The translations under genes were made by a program, and so were the position numbers. A DNA stretch of 62,012 nt, the filler included, from Chiloscyllium plagiosum (taxonomy: Eukaryota), in the NCBI RefSeq assembly GCF_004010195.1. It is 3 parts of one record of this genome, joined end to end, with 100 filler letters (N's around TTAATTAATTAA, not from the genome) between each part and the next. Parts side by side here need not be neighbours in the genome. Positions count along the whole stretch, not along the records: positions 49,139 to 62,012 come from NC_057713.1; 2 more parts are not named here. One strand, written 5' to 3'. The notes beneath the pieces are model-generated. The model worked only from the letters and a program-made list of their open reading frames with translations. It was not told the DNA's origin and ran no database searches. Position 1 is the stretch's first letter, and every line of letters starts with the position of its first letter. Below are positions 50,701 to 61,755 of the stretch, one piece after another.

Positions 50701-51314
50701 ATTGTGGAGGGCTCGATTGTAACACAGAATTTATAGCAAAAATTTACAGTGTGATGTAACTGAAATTATACATTGAAAAATTGATTGTCTGTTAAGCCTT
50801 TCATCTGTTAGAATACAGTGATAGTTTCACTTCTTTCATGTGTAAATCACAAAACCCTTTTTTTAAAAATTGCATTCTCAGGTTAGCTGTTAACAATGGT
50901 GATAGCTAGACAATATGTTGAAAGTGTTAGCCCCCTGTCTTCTCTGTCTATGACCTGATGTTTAGATTGATTCCAATCTAAAAAGTAAGATAACAGAGTT
51001 TTACATAAATTCATGCAGTTTTTGAGCAAAGTACAATGTAACTCTGCAAGTACAAATTCACCACACAAAATATATGTGTGCATGTGGGTCTTTGTCTGTC
51101 TCTGTGTGTGTCTGTCTGCGATGGGGGTTGTGAGTGTGAGAAAGTGTGTGTATGGAAGGGTTTTGTGATTTACACATGAAAGAAGTGAAACTATCACTGT
51201 ATTCTAACAGATGAAAGGCTTAACAGACAATCAATTCTTCAATGTATAATTACAGTTACATCACACTGCAAATTTTTGCTATAAATTCTGTGTTACAATC
51301 GAGCCCTCCACAAT

Positions 51315-51349
51315 CACCTGATGAAGGAGCGTCGCTCCGAAAGCTAGTA
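51315..51349 (+). ncRNA. Minimal type I hammerhead ribozyme motif (family C)
   Basis: CAC-CUGAUGA-A-GGAGC-GUC-GCUCC-GAAA-GC-UA/GUA. Core intact, one stem I mismatch; predicted cleavage after 51346. Confidence 0.75.
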
Positions 51350-51815
51350 TGCTTCCAATTAAACCTGTTGGACTATAACCTGGTGTTGTGTGATTTTTAA
51401 CTTTGTACACCCCAGTCCAACACCAGCATCTCAGAATCCTGAATTTTTAAAATAGCTATCCAATGAATCCTAATTCCATCCAAATGTGCTCATATCCCTG
51501 CTATTTATAGTCAAGGATATATCAAATTCCCTTTTCAAACTTACCACCAAATCTCCCTTCAACAGTCCTTCAGGTAGCAAATTCATAGAATTACCTACAA
51601 CTTATAGTACCATGTCTAAATGGTGAACAGAAATTGTGGACAGTTGTTTCAGCACCAAAGCTTGCGGAAGGCTACCTCAGGTTTTGCCAGACCCTTCATC
51701 CTGGTTGTCTTTTCTGTTTTTGGTGGGGAAAACGTAAGGAAGTAGTATAATTTCAGTTACATTACACTGCAAATTTTTGCTATAAATTCTGTGTTACGAT
51801 CGAGCCCTCCACAAT

Positions 51816-51850
51816 CACCTGATGAAGGAGCGTCGCTCCGAAAGCTAGTG
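51816..51850 (+). ncRNA. Minimal type I hammerhead ribozyme motif (family C)
   Basis: CAC-CUGAUGA-A-GGAGC-GUC-GCUCC-GAAA-GC-UA/GUG, fully intact; predicted cleavage after 51847. Confidence 0.8.
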
Positions 51851-52389
51851 TGCTTCCAATTAAACCTGTTGGACTATAACCTGGTGTTGTGTGATTTTTA
51901 ACTTTGTACACCCCAGTTCAACACCGGCATTTCCAAATCATGATTAATTTTCTGGGTTTACAATTACCATCAGTCTGCTGCTGGCATTCTGTCATGTTAC
52001 TGGGCAAGAGTAACTTTCTGTTCATATCTGTGACCAGTGTATTGCAGATTGGTGACTTAGTTGAATGTGTAATAGCTTGATCCCCATAGTATCATTCAGT
52101 AATGTATCATTAATTATTAAAGGTTAGATGTGACTAATGGGACAAAAACTCATTTTACTTGTGTGAATGGCTATTAGACTAGCTTTTATTTCCAGATTTA
52201 TTACTTGAAATTGAATTTTGCTATCTGCCTGGTGGTTCTGGATTATTACTTCAGTGACATTATCACTAAACTGTTGCCTTCTTTTGTTCCAAGAGTGATT
52301 AATATTTTCTCTTTGATCCCATTGACTCCAGTTTTGCTCGGGCTTTTGATATCACATCTAGAATTAAAACTAGATTTTATTGTGATGTA

Positions 52390-52595
52390 GGAGAAAGTGA
52401 GGACTGCAGATGCTGGAGATCAGAGCTGAAAATGTGTCGCTGGAAAAGCGCAGCAGGTCAGGCAGCATCCAAGGAGCAGGAGAATCGACGTTTCGGGCTT
52501 GAGCCCTGAAGAAGGGCTCATGCCTGAAACGTTGATTCTCCTGCTCCTTAGATGCTGCCTGACCTGATGCGCTTTTCCAGCAACACATTTTCAGC
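52390..52595. mobile_element. Fold-back pLTR mini-element (family A) with a hammerhead core at 52506-52533
   Basis: About 80-bp inverted arms meeting at the ribozyme core. TSD TTTATTGT(G/A)ATGTA at 52376-52389 and 52596-52609. Confidence 0.75.
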
Positions 52596-54848
52596 TTTAT
52601 TGTAATGTACTCCAGTACAGCATGAGTACAACATTGCTATTTCCTGTGCCATCTTAGATACAAAGGGGTCCAGGTACAAAATCTTAGATAAAAATGAGAA
52701 AAATAAAGAAATAAAATAAAAAGTTCAGCATATCAGTCCTTCTAAAGTAGAGAAAGAAGGAAAAAGAATAAAAGCAGATGAGCCCATGCTGGCCTTGTCC
52801 TGAGGCCTGGGGTCCAAGAGGGGCTCATGCCCAGGGCCTGGGATGGCTCAGCTTGCCACCACCGATGCTGACTGAGGACAGGAGGCAATTAGAAAGGGAG
52901 AAAAAAGAAAAGAAATAGATGGAGTGGATGTGCTCCAACTCAGGCGTCCTACGATGCCATCTCAGATCAGGGTAATGTCAAATGTGACCAAATGTGGCCT
53001 TGATATCCATAAGACCAGAAAGTACAGACACAGATTTAGGCCATTTGGCCCATTGAGTCTGCTCTACCATTTGATCATGATTGATATGTCCCTAAATCCC
53101 ATTCTTCTGCCTTCTCCCTGTAAGCCTCACCCCCTAACCTACTAGGAACCTATGTATCTCTTTTTTTTTAAAGACACTCAATGTCTTAGGCTCCACAGCC
53201 CTCTGTAGCAGTGAGTTCCACAGATTCATCACACTCTGGCTAAACAAGTTCCTTCCCAACTTTGTTCTAAAGGGTTGACCATTCACCGTGAGGCTGTGCG
53301 TCAGGATCTTTGACTCTCCTACTTGTGGAAACATCTTCTCCACTCCCGCTTGTATCCAGGCCTCTACATGCTCCCAAGTTTCAATCAGATCCCCTCTCAT
53401 CCTTCCAAACCCAAGATTAGACACACCCACTTCTTCTGGAGTTTAGCTCTTTTGTTCCATTTAGGGACCAAAAGACTTTTGAGGCAGGTGATAACTATAA
53501 GAGTGCAGTTGTAAATCATTGTCATCTTTCAAGTCAACTTCATTGCTCATTATTGAGTGGGTCTGCTGTATCCTGGGCTTTATAAATTGAGGCATGCACT
53601 ACAAAGCAAGGAAGCAAATGTTGGTTGATGTTAGCTGAAGTATGGAATCCAATTCTGGGGGCCACATTTTAGGATAAGTGTCAAAGCCACAGAGATGATT
53701 TTGAAGACTGGTACAGAGAAGCAGAAATTTGTGGAGAGACTTTACAAAGATCTAGCCAATTTGTAGGGGATAAATTTGCAACATGTATGAAGTATAGTGG
53801 AGTGAAATTCCCTTCTGATAGCTCTTTAAAGCATTGTATAGATGTTTTCTTCATGACAACCTCAAATGGCTGTGACTGACTCTAGGTCCTTCTAAAGTGT
53901 GAAAAATCTTGTCTGAATTCACATTTTGTCTTCGTGTTCTGTGTCCAAGACAATCTCCAGATTCACTTTTACAGTACTTACTCTCTGATATTCTCCATCT
54001 CATGGTGTTGTCGTCATGTACTGAGAACAGGGGAGTGTTGGGGGTAAATGATGTCAGAAATGTTTGAAAGAATTTTTTTCCTGTTGCTAGGTCAACTAAG
54101 TATCTATTGTGACCATAAGATACTGGAGTTGAAGTAGGCCATTCAGCCCATTGAACCTGCTCTGCCATTCAATGAGATCATGACTCGATCTGATAATCCT
54201 GAACTCCACTTTCCTGCTTTTACCATATAACCCTTGATTCCCTTCTGACTAAAAATCTGTCTCTCTCAGCCTTGGATGTAATTAATGAACCAGCTTCTAC
54301 AAGCCTCTGCAGGAGTGATGGGGAGCAATTCAGTTGTCCATATTGGGACCAACAAAATAAACAATAGGTCCTGCTTGGGGAATGTCGGGAATTAGAAACA
54401 AAATTTATTCACTTGTCCCTAAAATATTTCTAAAATCTCTTTGGATTTTGCTTTACAATAAAATAAAGAACTGCAGGTGCTGGAGTTCTGAAACACATAT
54501 GGAAATTGTTCGAGAAACGCAGCATCTGAGGAGAAAAAGCAGAATTAATGTTTCAAGTCCAGTGTCAATAGGTGTCTCAGACCTGCTGAGTTTCTCCGAT
54601 TTGCTTTTGTTTGATTTTTCCTTTAATATTACCCACTATTGCTTTTCTCGTATCCTCTCTTTGCTCTCCTAATTTCTTTTCTAAATAACCCTCTGCACTT
54701 TCTGTAATCATGTAAAGCATTTGCTGTTTTGAGGTGTTGGTATCTACCTTAAGCTTTTTTTTCTTTTACCCAAACTTGTACATTCCTTGACTTCCACAGT
54801 TCTCTGGATTTTATGATCCTGCCCTTCAGCTTTATGGAAATATGTTAG

Positions 54849-54949
54849 GAGGAAGATTCCTGATGAAGGGCTTCTGCCCGAAACATCGATTCTCCTGCTC
54901 CTCAGATGCTGCCTGACATGCTGTACTTTTCCAGCACCACATTCTTGAC
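54849..54949 (+). mobile_element. 101-bp hammerhead-bearing pLTR mini-insertion (family A)
   Basis: GAUUC-CUGAUGA-A-GGGC-UUCU-GCCC-GAAA-CA-UC/GAUUC. Perfect 14-bp TSD TGGAAATATGTTAG at 54835-54848 and 54950-54963. Confidence 0.78.
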
Positions 54950-55644
54950 TGGAAATATGTTAGCCCTGCACTTCACACTTATTGCCCTTTTGAAATACTC
55001 CCCTCTCGTGATGATGATTTTCTGGTACGTTGCTGCCACTAGTTCATTTTGGCCAGATATTGTCTTCGCATATTAAAAACACCCCCCCCCCCCGTGCCCC
55101 CACATACCCCACGCACCCCCACACACTTTTTCCCAATCGATAATTACCTCAAATCGTACTGAATCATGGCCTCGGCTCAAAAAGTGAGGGGTTAGCTTGT
55201 TTCATTCAGCATTTATCCTTGTGCGGAGAGGGAACAAGTTGGTCAGTTTCCTCTTCCACTTCCATCTGGTTATTGCTGGCACTAGATAGCACTGTTGGGT
55301 AAGCACTGGCTACGTTCCAACAGCAAGTGGTTTGCTAGTGGCTTGTGATGTGTGGGTTCTGACCCTGAGTCAATGGTAATAGCACAGCAATACAGCACTT
55401 TCTGAAGTGTCACTCAGTTCTGTTACAAATGACCATAGGCAATTCAGCCCCTCAAACCTGCTCCAACATTAATACGATCATGACTCAACTCCACCTCAAT
55501 TCCATTTTCCTGTCTGTATTTAATAACCTTACAACCTGTTACTAATGAAAAATCTGTCTATCTTAAATTTGCTTAAAGTCCCAGTGTCCACCGCACTCTG
55601 GCACAGTGAATTCCACAGATTCATGATCCTTTGAAAGAAGTATA

Positions 55645-57030
55645 TTACAGAGGAGGAAGTGCTGGATGTCTTGAAACGCATAAAGTTGGATAAATCCCCA
55701 GGACCTGATCAGGTGTACCCTAGAACTCTGTGGGAATTTGGAGAAGTGATTGCTGGGCCTCTTGCTGATATATTTGTATCATAGACAGCCACAGGTGAGG
55801 TGCCGGAAGATGGAGGTTGGCTAATGTGGTGCCACTGTTTAAGAAGGGTGGTAAGGACAAGCCAGGGAACTATAGACCAGTGAGCCTGACCTCAGTGGTG
55901 GGCAAGTTGTTGGAGGGAATCCTGAGGGACAGGATGTACATGTATTTGGAAAGGCAAGGACTGATTAGGTATAGTCAACATGGTTTTGTGCGTGGAAAGT
56001 AATGTCTCACAAACTGGATTGAGTTTTTTGAAGAAGTAACAAAGAGGATTGATGAGGACAAAGCAGTAGATGTGATCTATATGGACTTTAGTAAGGTGTT
56101 CGACAAGGTTCCCCATGATTAGCAAAATTAGATCTCATGGAATACAGGGAGAACGAGCCATTTGGATACAGAACTGGCTCAAAGGTAGAAGACAGAGGAT
56201 GGTGGTGGAGGGTTGTTTTTCAGACTGGAGGCCTGTGACCAGTGGCGTGCCACAAGGATCGGTGCTGGGCCCTCTACTTTTTGTCATNNNNNNNNNNNNN
56301 NNNNNNNNNNNNNNNNNNNNNNNNNNNNNNNNNNNNNNNNNNNNNNNNNNNNNNNNNNNNNNNNNNNNNNNNNNNNNNNNNNNNNNNNNNNNNNNNNNNN
56401 NNNNNNNNNNNNNNNNNNNNNNNNNNNNNNNNNNNNNNNNNNNNNNNNNNNNNNNNNNNNNNNNNNNNNNNNNNNNNNNNNNNNNNNNNNNNNNNNNNNN
56501 NNNNNNNNNNNNNNNNNNNNNNNNNNNNNNNNNNNNNNNNNNNNNNNNNNNNNNNNNNNNNNNNNNNGGGTTGGAGGATTTAAGCTATAGGGAGAGGCTG
56601 AACAGGCTGGGGCTGTTTTCCCTGGAGCATCAGAGGCTGAGGGGTGACCTTATAGAGGTTTACAAAATTATGAGGGGCATGTGTAGGATAAATAGGCAAA
56701 GTCTTTTCCCTGCGGTCAGGGAGTCCAGAACTAGAGGGCATAGGTTTAGGGTGAGAGGGGAAAGATATAAAAGAGACTTACTGGGCAACTTTTTCACACA
56801 GAGGGTGGTACGTGTATGGAATGAGCTGCCAGCGGAAGTGGTGGAGGCTGGTACAATTGCAACATTTAAGAGGCATTTGGATGGTATATGAATAGGAAGG
56901 GTTTGGAGGGATATGGGCCAGATGCTGGCAAGTGGGACTAGATTGGGTTAGGTTATCTGGTTGGCATGGACGTGTTGGACCAAAGGGTCTGTTTCCGTGC
57001 TGTACGTCTCTATGACTATGACTCTATGAC
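55645..57030 (+). mobile_element. 5'-truncated CR1 spanning the 280-N gap
   Basis: [24 protein letters not shown] and C-terminal motifs; tail ctatgactatgact. Confidence 0.88.
56288..56567. other. Sized scaffold gap (280 N) inside a CR1 copy
   Basis: N run without the linker; colinear CR1 ORF2 sequence on both sides. Confidence 0.95.
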
Positions 57031-57220
57031 TAAGTAATTTCTCCACCTCTCTGATTTGAATCTTCTAGCCCTTATCCTAAAACTATGATCGCTCATCCTT
57101 GATTCCCAACAAGAGGGCGTTTACTTTGTCAATCCACTTTAGTGTTTTGTTTATCTTAGTTAAATCTCTCATCCTTGTAAATTCAAGTTTAGGTGTAAAC
57201 TGCTCAATAGGGTAAGCTAT

Positions 57221-57925
57221 TGTTATGAAGATGTGGGTGTACTGTACCTTTAAGGGAGTTAAAAGTTAGCAGAACTACCTGACAGCACTGAGTGTTTTGA
57301 GCAAGATATAATATAACCTTTTGGTCCAGTAGCTAGGGTAGCTGGTTGCCCGAAAATGACAAAACAGATTCAATTAGGCCATTCAGTTTAAATTATACCC
57401 CCAAAAATACCAAACTTCAATCAAGTTTGAATTTAGTATATTGACCATCTTAAAAGCCAATGACACAATCCGATGCTTTGGGGGGGTATAGGACTGGGGA
57501 AAATTGAACAGTTGGGAGGAGAACTGCCAAGCCACCAGCATCTGCAGGCTGCCCTGAGAATATCTGTCTTAAAGGTACCTTTATGGATCTGTGACCTGTG
57601 AAGCATAATCCCTAAAAAGAAGACACAGGAAGATCCAAATAGAAGATTTGACAGCTGGCTGGTTTTGAAATTTGAATTTTTCAGTAAATCTGAATCGGAG
57701 GGTTTTATCGGACTAGTATTATAGGAGGGAAAGTAAAAGATAGGTTAGAGGGAGGAGTTGTAAATAGTTGTTAGTTAATTATTCTGTGTTATACTTTAAG
57801 AAATAAAGTTGTTAATTTTTACTTCAAGTAGTTCTTGGCCTCGAAATTTCACAGATTACTGTACGGGATAAATCCTTTCTGTGTTGGTTTAAATTGAGCA
57901 GGAGGGTTTACCCTGTGTCATAACA
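57221..57925 (+). mobile_element. Solo LTR, 705 bp
   Basis: Perfect 8-bp terminal inverted repeat TGTTATGA...TCATAACA; flanks CTAT/CTCT (4 bp, one mismatch); AATAAA near 57802; interrupts a CR1 remnant. Confidence 0.7.
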
Positions 57926-58099
57926 CTCTTCATGTCTGGAATCAATCTAGTAGATCTCCTCTGAGCTGCCTCCAATGCAGCAACATCTCTCCAAATAAGG
58001 GGAATCAAAATTGTATACAATATACCAGGTGTGATCCCACAAGTGTTTGTACAGTTGCAGTAACATGTCCATACTTATATAAAAATTGAAAGATCTGTG

Positions 58100-58760
58100 G
58101 AATTGAATTGAATTTATTGTCACATGTACTGAGCCACCATGAAAAGCTTTGTCTTGCGAGCAATACAGACAGATCAGAGTTAAATAGCATAGATAGTAAA
58201 TAATAGGTAAACAGCAGCAAAAACAAAAACACAGGGACAGGCGAATGCTAAGAGTTTGAGAGTCCATTCCGTATTCTAACAGCAGGAGGGTAGAAACTGT
58301 TTCGCAACCAGCTGGTGTGTGTGTTCAGGCTTCTGTACCTTCTCCCCGATGGTAGAGGTTGTTGACAAACATTGCCAGGGTGGGGGATGGATCTTTTAGA
58401 ATGCTGGCCATCTTTCCTTGACAGCGGGCCTGGTAGATGGATCCTATAGATGGGAGGTTGGCCTTTGTGATTGTCCGGGCTGAGTTCACCACTCTCTGTA
58501 ACCGTCTCCAATCTTGAATGGTACAGTTGCCATACCAGGTAGTGATACATCCAGACCGAATGCTCTCAATGGCACACCTATAAAAGTTGGCAAAGGTATT
58601 CACTGTCATGCCAAATTTCCTGAGCTGCCTGAGGAAGAAGAGATGTTGTTGGGTCTTTGTAACCAGTGGGACCACATCAAGAATCCAAGAAAGCTTGTTG
58701 TTGACCACTCCCAAGAGCTTGACACTCTTCATTCGTTCCATCTCTGTGCTGTTAATGTGT
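58100..58760 (-). mobile_element. Rex1/Babar-like LINE 3' fragment
   Basis: FFLRQLRKFGM...FYRCAIESI.SGCITTWYGNCT.QD..RLQRVV and an (AATTC)n tail. Confidence 0.75.
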
Positions 58761-60504
58761 AAGATGTTGTAAATCACAAAAAACAGAAATCTTTGGAAAT
58801 GCTCAGCAGGTCTGGCAGCATTTGTGAAGAGAAATCAAAGTTAATATTATGGGTCCAGTGACCCTTCCTCAGAACTGATGGTAGCGAGGTAAGTGTTGGT
58901 TTATATGCAGAAGACAGGATGAAGGAGAGGTAAGGAGCAAACAATAGAGACACAGCCTGAGCTCTCTTTAGGCTCCATCGCTACCTTTTGTTTGCCCAGG
59001 TCTCTCTGCACCAAAGCACTCTGACGTTACTCTCCAATTAGATAATAAGTTGCATTTCTATTCTTCTGATCAAAATGGAAAGCCTTTCAGTTTTCCATGT
59101 CAACCTTCATCTGCCAAATTTTGGCCCACTAACTTAACCTATCCATATCTGGTTGTAAATTTTTTTCTGCAACTTGCTTTCCTATCTATTTAGTGACATC
59201 TGCATATTTGGCCATACTATTGTTTGTCCCGTCATATCAATTATAATACTTCCCATGTTATCCCTACATAACATGATATCATTAGTATCTAGAAATCTAT
59301 CACACTGTACTTGAACATACTCTATGAACTTTCAAAGGATTCCAAAGACACTGTCCTCTAGTTTAAAAAAAAAGTTCTTATCAATTTCCAAAATGGCCTA
59401 TTCCTTGTCATGAAACTCTCCTTATTCTAGAACACGTCTTTCTGCAATGTCCCTGCTGCATCCAGTAAGAATTTTAGTTTCAATAAGAGTAGTGCCAGAT
59501 GATTAGAGGGTGGCAAATGTTTTTCCCCAATTCAAGAAAGAGAAGAGGGATAATCCTGGGAATTACAGACTAGTCAGTCTTAAGTCTGTGGTGGGCAAAT
59601 TATAGGAGAGGATTCTGAGAGACAGGATTTATGGTTACTTGTAAAACCAGAGTTTGATTTGAGACAGTCAGCGTGGCTTTGAGAGGGCCAGGTTATGCCT
59701 ACAGCCTCATTGAATTCTTTGAGGATGTAACAAAATACGTTGAAGGTAGAGCAGTGAATGTGGTGTACATGGATTTTAGCAATGTGTTTGATAAGGTTTC
59801 CCAAAGTAGGCTCATTCAGAAAGTAAGGACGCATGGGGTACGGGGAAATTTGGCTGTCTGGATACTGAATTGGCTGGCCTTCAGAAGACAGAGGGTGGTA
59901 GATGGACAGTATTCAGCCTGGAACTCAGTGACCAGTGGTGTTCCACAGGGATCTGTTCTGGGATCGCTGTTCTTTGTAATGTTTATAAATGACTTGGAAG
60001 AGAAAGTGGAAGGGTGGGTTAGTAAGTTTGCTAATTACACGAAGATTGATGGAGTTGTAGATAGTGTGGAGGGGCTGTTATAGGTTGCAGTGGAACATTG
60101 ACAGGGTGCAGAGCTGGGCTTAGAAGTGGCAGATGGAATTCAACCTGGAAAAGTGAAGTAATTCATTTTGGAAGGTTGAATTTGAATGCAGAATACAGAG
60201 TTAAAGGCAGGATTCTTGGCAGTGTGGAGGAACAGAGGGATCTTGGGTCCATGTCCATAGATCCCTCAAAGTTGCCACCCAAGTTGATAGGGTTGTTAAG
60301 AAGGTGTTTCGTGGGGGTTGGCTTTCATTAACAGGGGGAATTGAGTTTAAGAGCCGTGAGGTTATACTGCAGCTCTATAGAGCCCTGGTTAGACCGCTCT
60401 TGGAAAATTGTGTCCAGTTCTCATGATAGGAATGATGTAGAAGCTTTAGAGAGAGTGCAGAGGAGATTTGCCAGGATGTTGCCTGGACTGAGGGCATGTC
60501 TTAT

Positions 60505-61036
60505 TGTCGAAGCAGAATTTATTTAGCAGGGATCCGTGAGAGCAAAAGAAATCAACAAACCTCAAAAATCAATTGAACTGACAACAATCAGCCTTTTTTT
60601 GTAAATACTGCAGCCGTTTGGCTGAGACTTTGAAAGAGGAGGGATCCAGGTCCTTCCCTATTTTCCTTCCAAGTTTCGTGCCTTACAAAAGAAAAAGAAC
60701 ACATTAAAATATGCTGAACACTTATAGATTATCATGAAATGTGCGTCATCTGTAACACCGAACCTTAGTCTAAAAAAATTAATCATTTGCGCCATTCCAT
60801 GACACACTTTCTATTATACGGACCTTTTGTTTAGGCTAAGATCTACAGTTCGAAATATACAAGGAGCCGTGAAAAAGACTACTGAAGTTTTATCAAACTT
60901 ACAGAATTTGTTTACATTTGACCTGGTCTTGAAAGCTGTTTCTAATCTTTAGTCTTTTAACCTACTGAACTATAACCCTAGAATTAACCAATTTTTTTCC
61001 CATAATGCAGTGTTAAATCTTCCCCACAATACCACA
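60505..61036 (-). mobile_element. Solo LTR-like insertion, 532 bp
   Basis: TGT...ACA ends with a perfect TTAT duplication (60501-60504, 61037-61040). Removing it restores CR1 ...GGCATGTCTTATGAAGAAAGG. AATAAA lies near the minus-strand 3' end. Confidence 0.72.
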
Positions 61037-61373
61037 TTATGAAGAAAGGTTGAGGGAGCTAGGGCTTTTCTCATTGGAGCAAAGAAGGCTGAGATGTGAC
61101 CTGATAGAGATGTGCAAGCTAATAAGAGGTATAAATAGAGTGAATAATCGAAGCCTTTTTCCCCAGGCAGAAATGGCTGTCAGAAGGGGGCATAATTTTA
61201 AGGTGATTGGAGGCAGGTTTAGGTGAGGTGTCAGAAGTTGGATCTTTACAGTGTGTGGTGGGTGCGTGGAATGCACTGCCAGTAGTGGTAGTAGAGTCAG
61301 ATACATTAGGGATGTTTAAGCAACTCTTGAATAGGCACATGGCTGACAGTAAAATGAAGGGTATGTAGTTTGT

Positions 61374-61700
61374 GGGCGGCATGGTGGCACAGTGGTTAGC
61401 ACTGCTGCCTCACAGCGCCAGAGACCCGGGTTCAATTCCCGACTCAGGCGACTGACTGTGTGGAGTTTGCACATTCTCCCCGTGTCTGCGTGGGTATCCT
61501 CCGGGGGCTCCGGTTTCCTCCCACAGTCCAAAGATGTGCAGGTCAGGTGAATTGGCCATGCTAAATTGCCCGTAGTGTTAGGTAAGGGGTAAATGTAAGG
61601 GGTATGGATGGGTTGCGCTTTGGCGGGTCGGTGTGGACATGTTGGGCCGAAGGGCCTGTTTCCACACTGTAATGTAATCTAATCTAATCTAATCTAATCT
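61374..61700 (+). mobile_element. HE1-type V-SINE, well preserved, inserted in a CR1 3' UTR
   Basis: GGGCGGCATGGTGGCACAGTGGTTAGC...GGTTCAATTCC head, V-domain and (AATCT)5 tail. Confidence 0.9.
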
Positions 61701-61755
61701 AGTTTAGTTTGATCATAGAATAGGATAAAAGATTGGCACAACATCAAGGGCCAAA

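Larger units (their letters stand above)
50614..51942. mobile_element. Penelope-like pLTR composite with an inverted arm, a tandem arm and three hammerhead motifs
   Basis: 246-bp inverted repeat (50614-50859 vs 51156-51401, about 5 mismatches) and a third partial copy at 51745-51942. Flanked by ATTAATTTTCTG(A/G)GTT at 50601-50616 and 51943-51958. Confidence 0.75.
59490..61755 (+). mobile_element. CR1 RT/3' part, interrupted by a solo LTR and a SINE
   Basis: YMDFSNVFDKV and [12 protein letters not shown]1 sequence is colinear across both insertions. Confidence 0.8.

Noticed and set aside
50614..51401. DNA transposon or MITE with long terminal inverted repeats
   Set aside because: The arms contain hammerhead motifs, the right arm continues past the symmetry end, and a third tandem copy follows. 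This fits Penelope pLTR architecture better.
61374..61445. tRNA gene (also the heads at 8854, 1450-1522 and 28044)
   Set aside because: These are tRNA-derived SINE heads followed by the V-domain or a LINE-like tail, not complete tRNAs.
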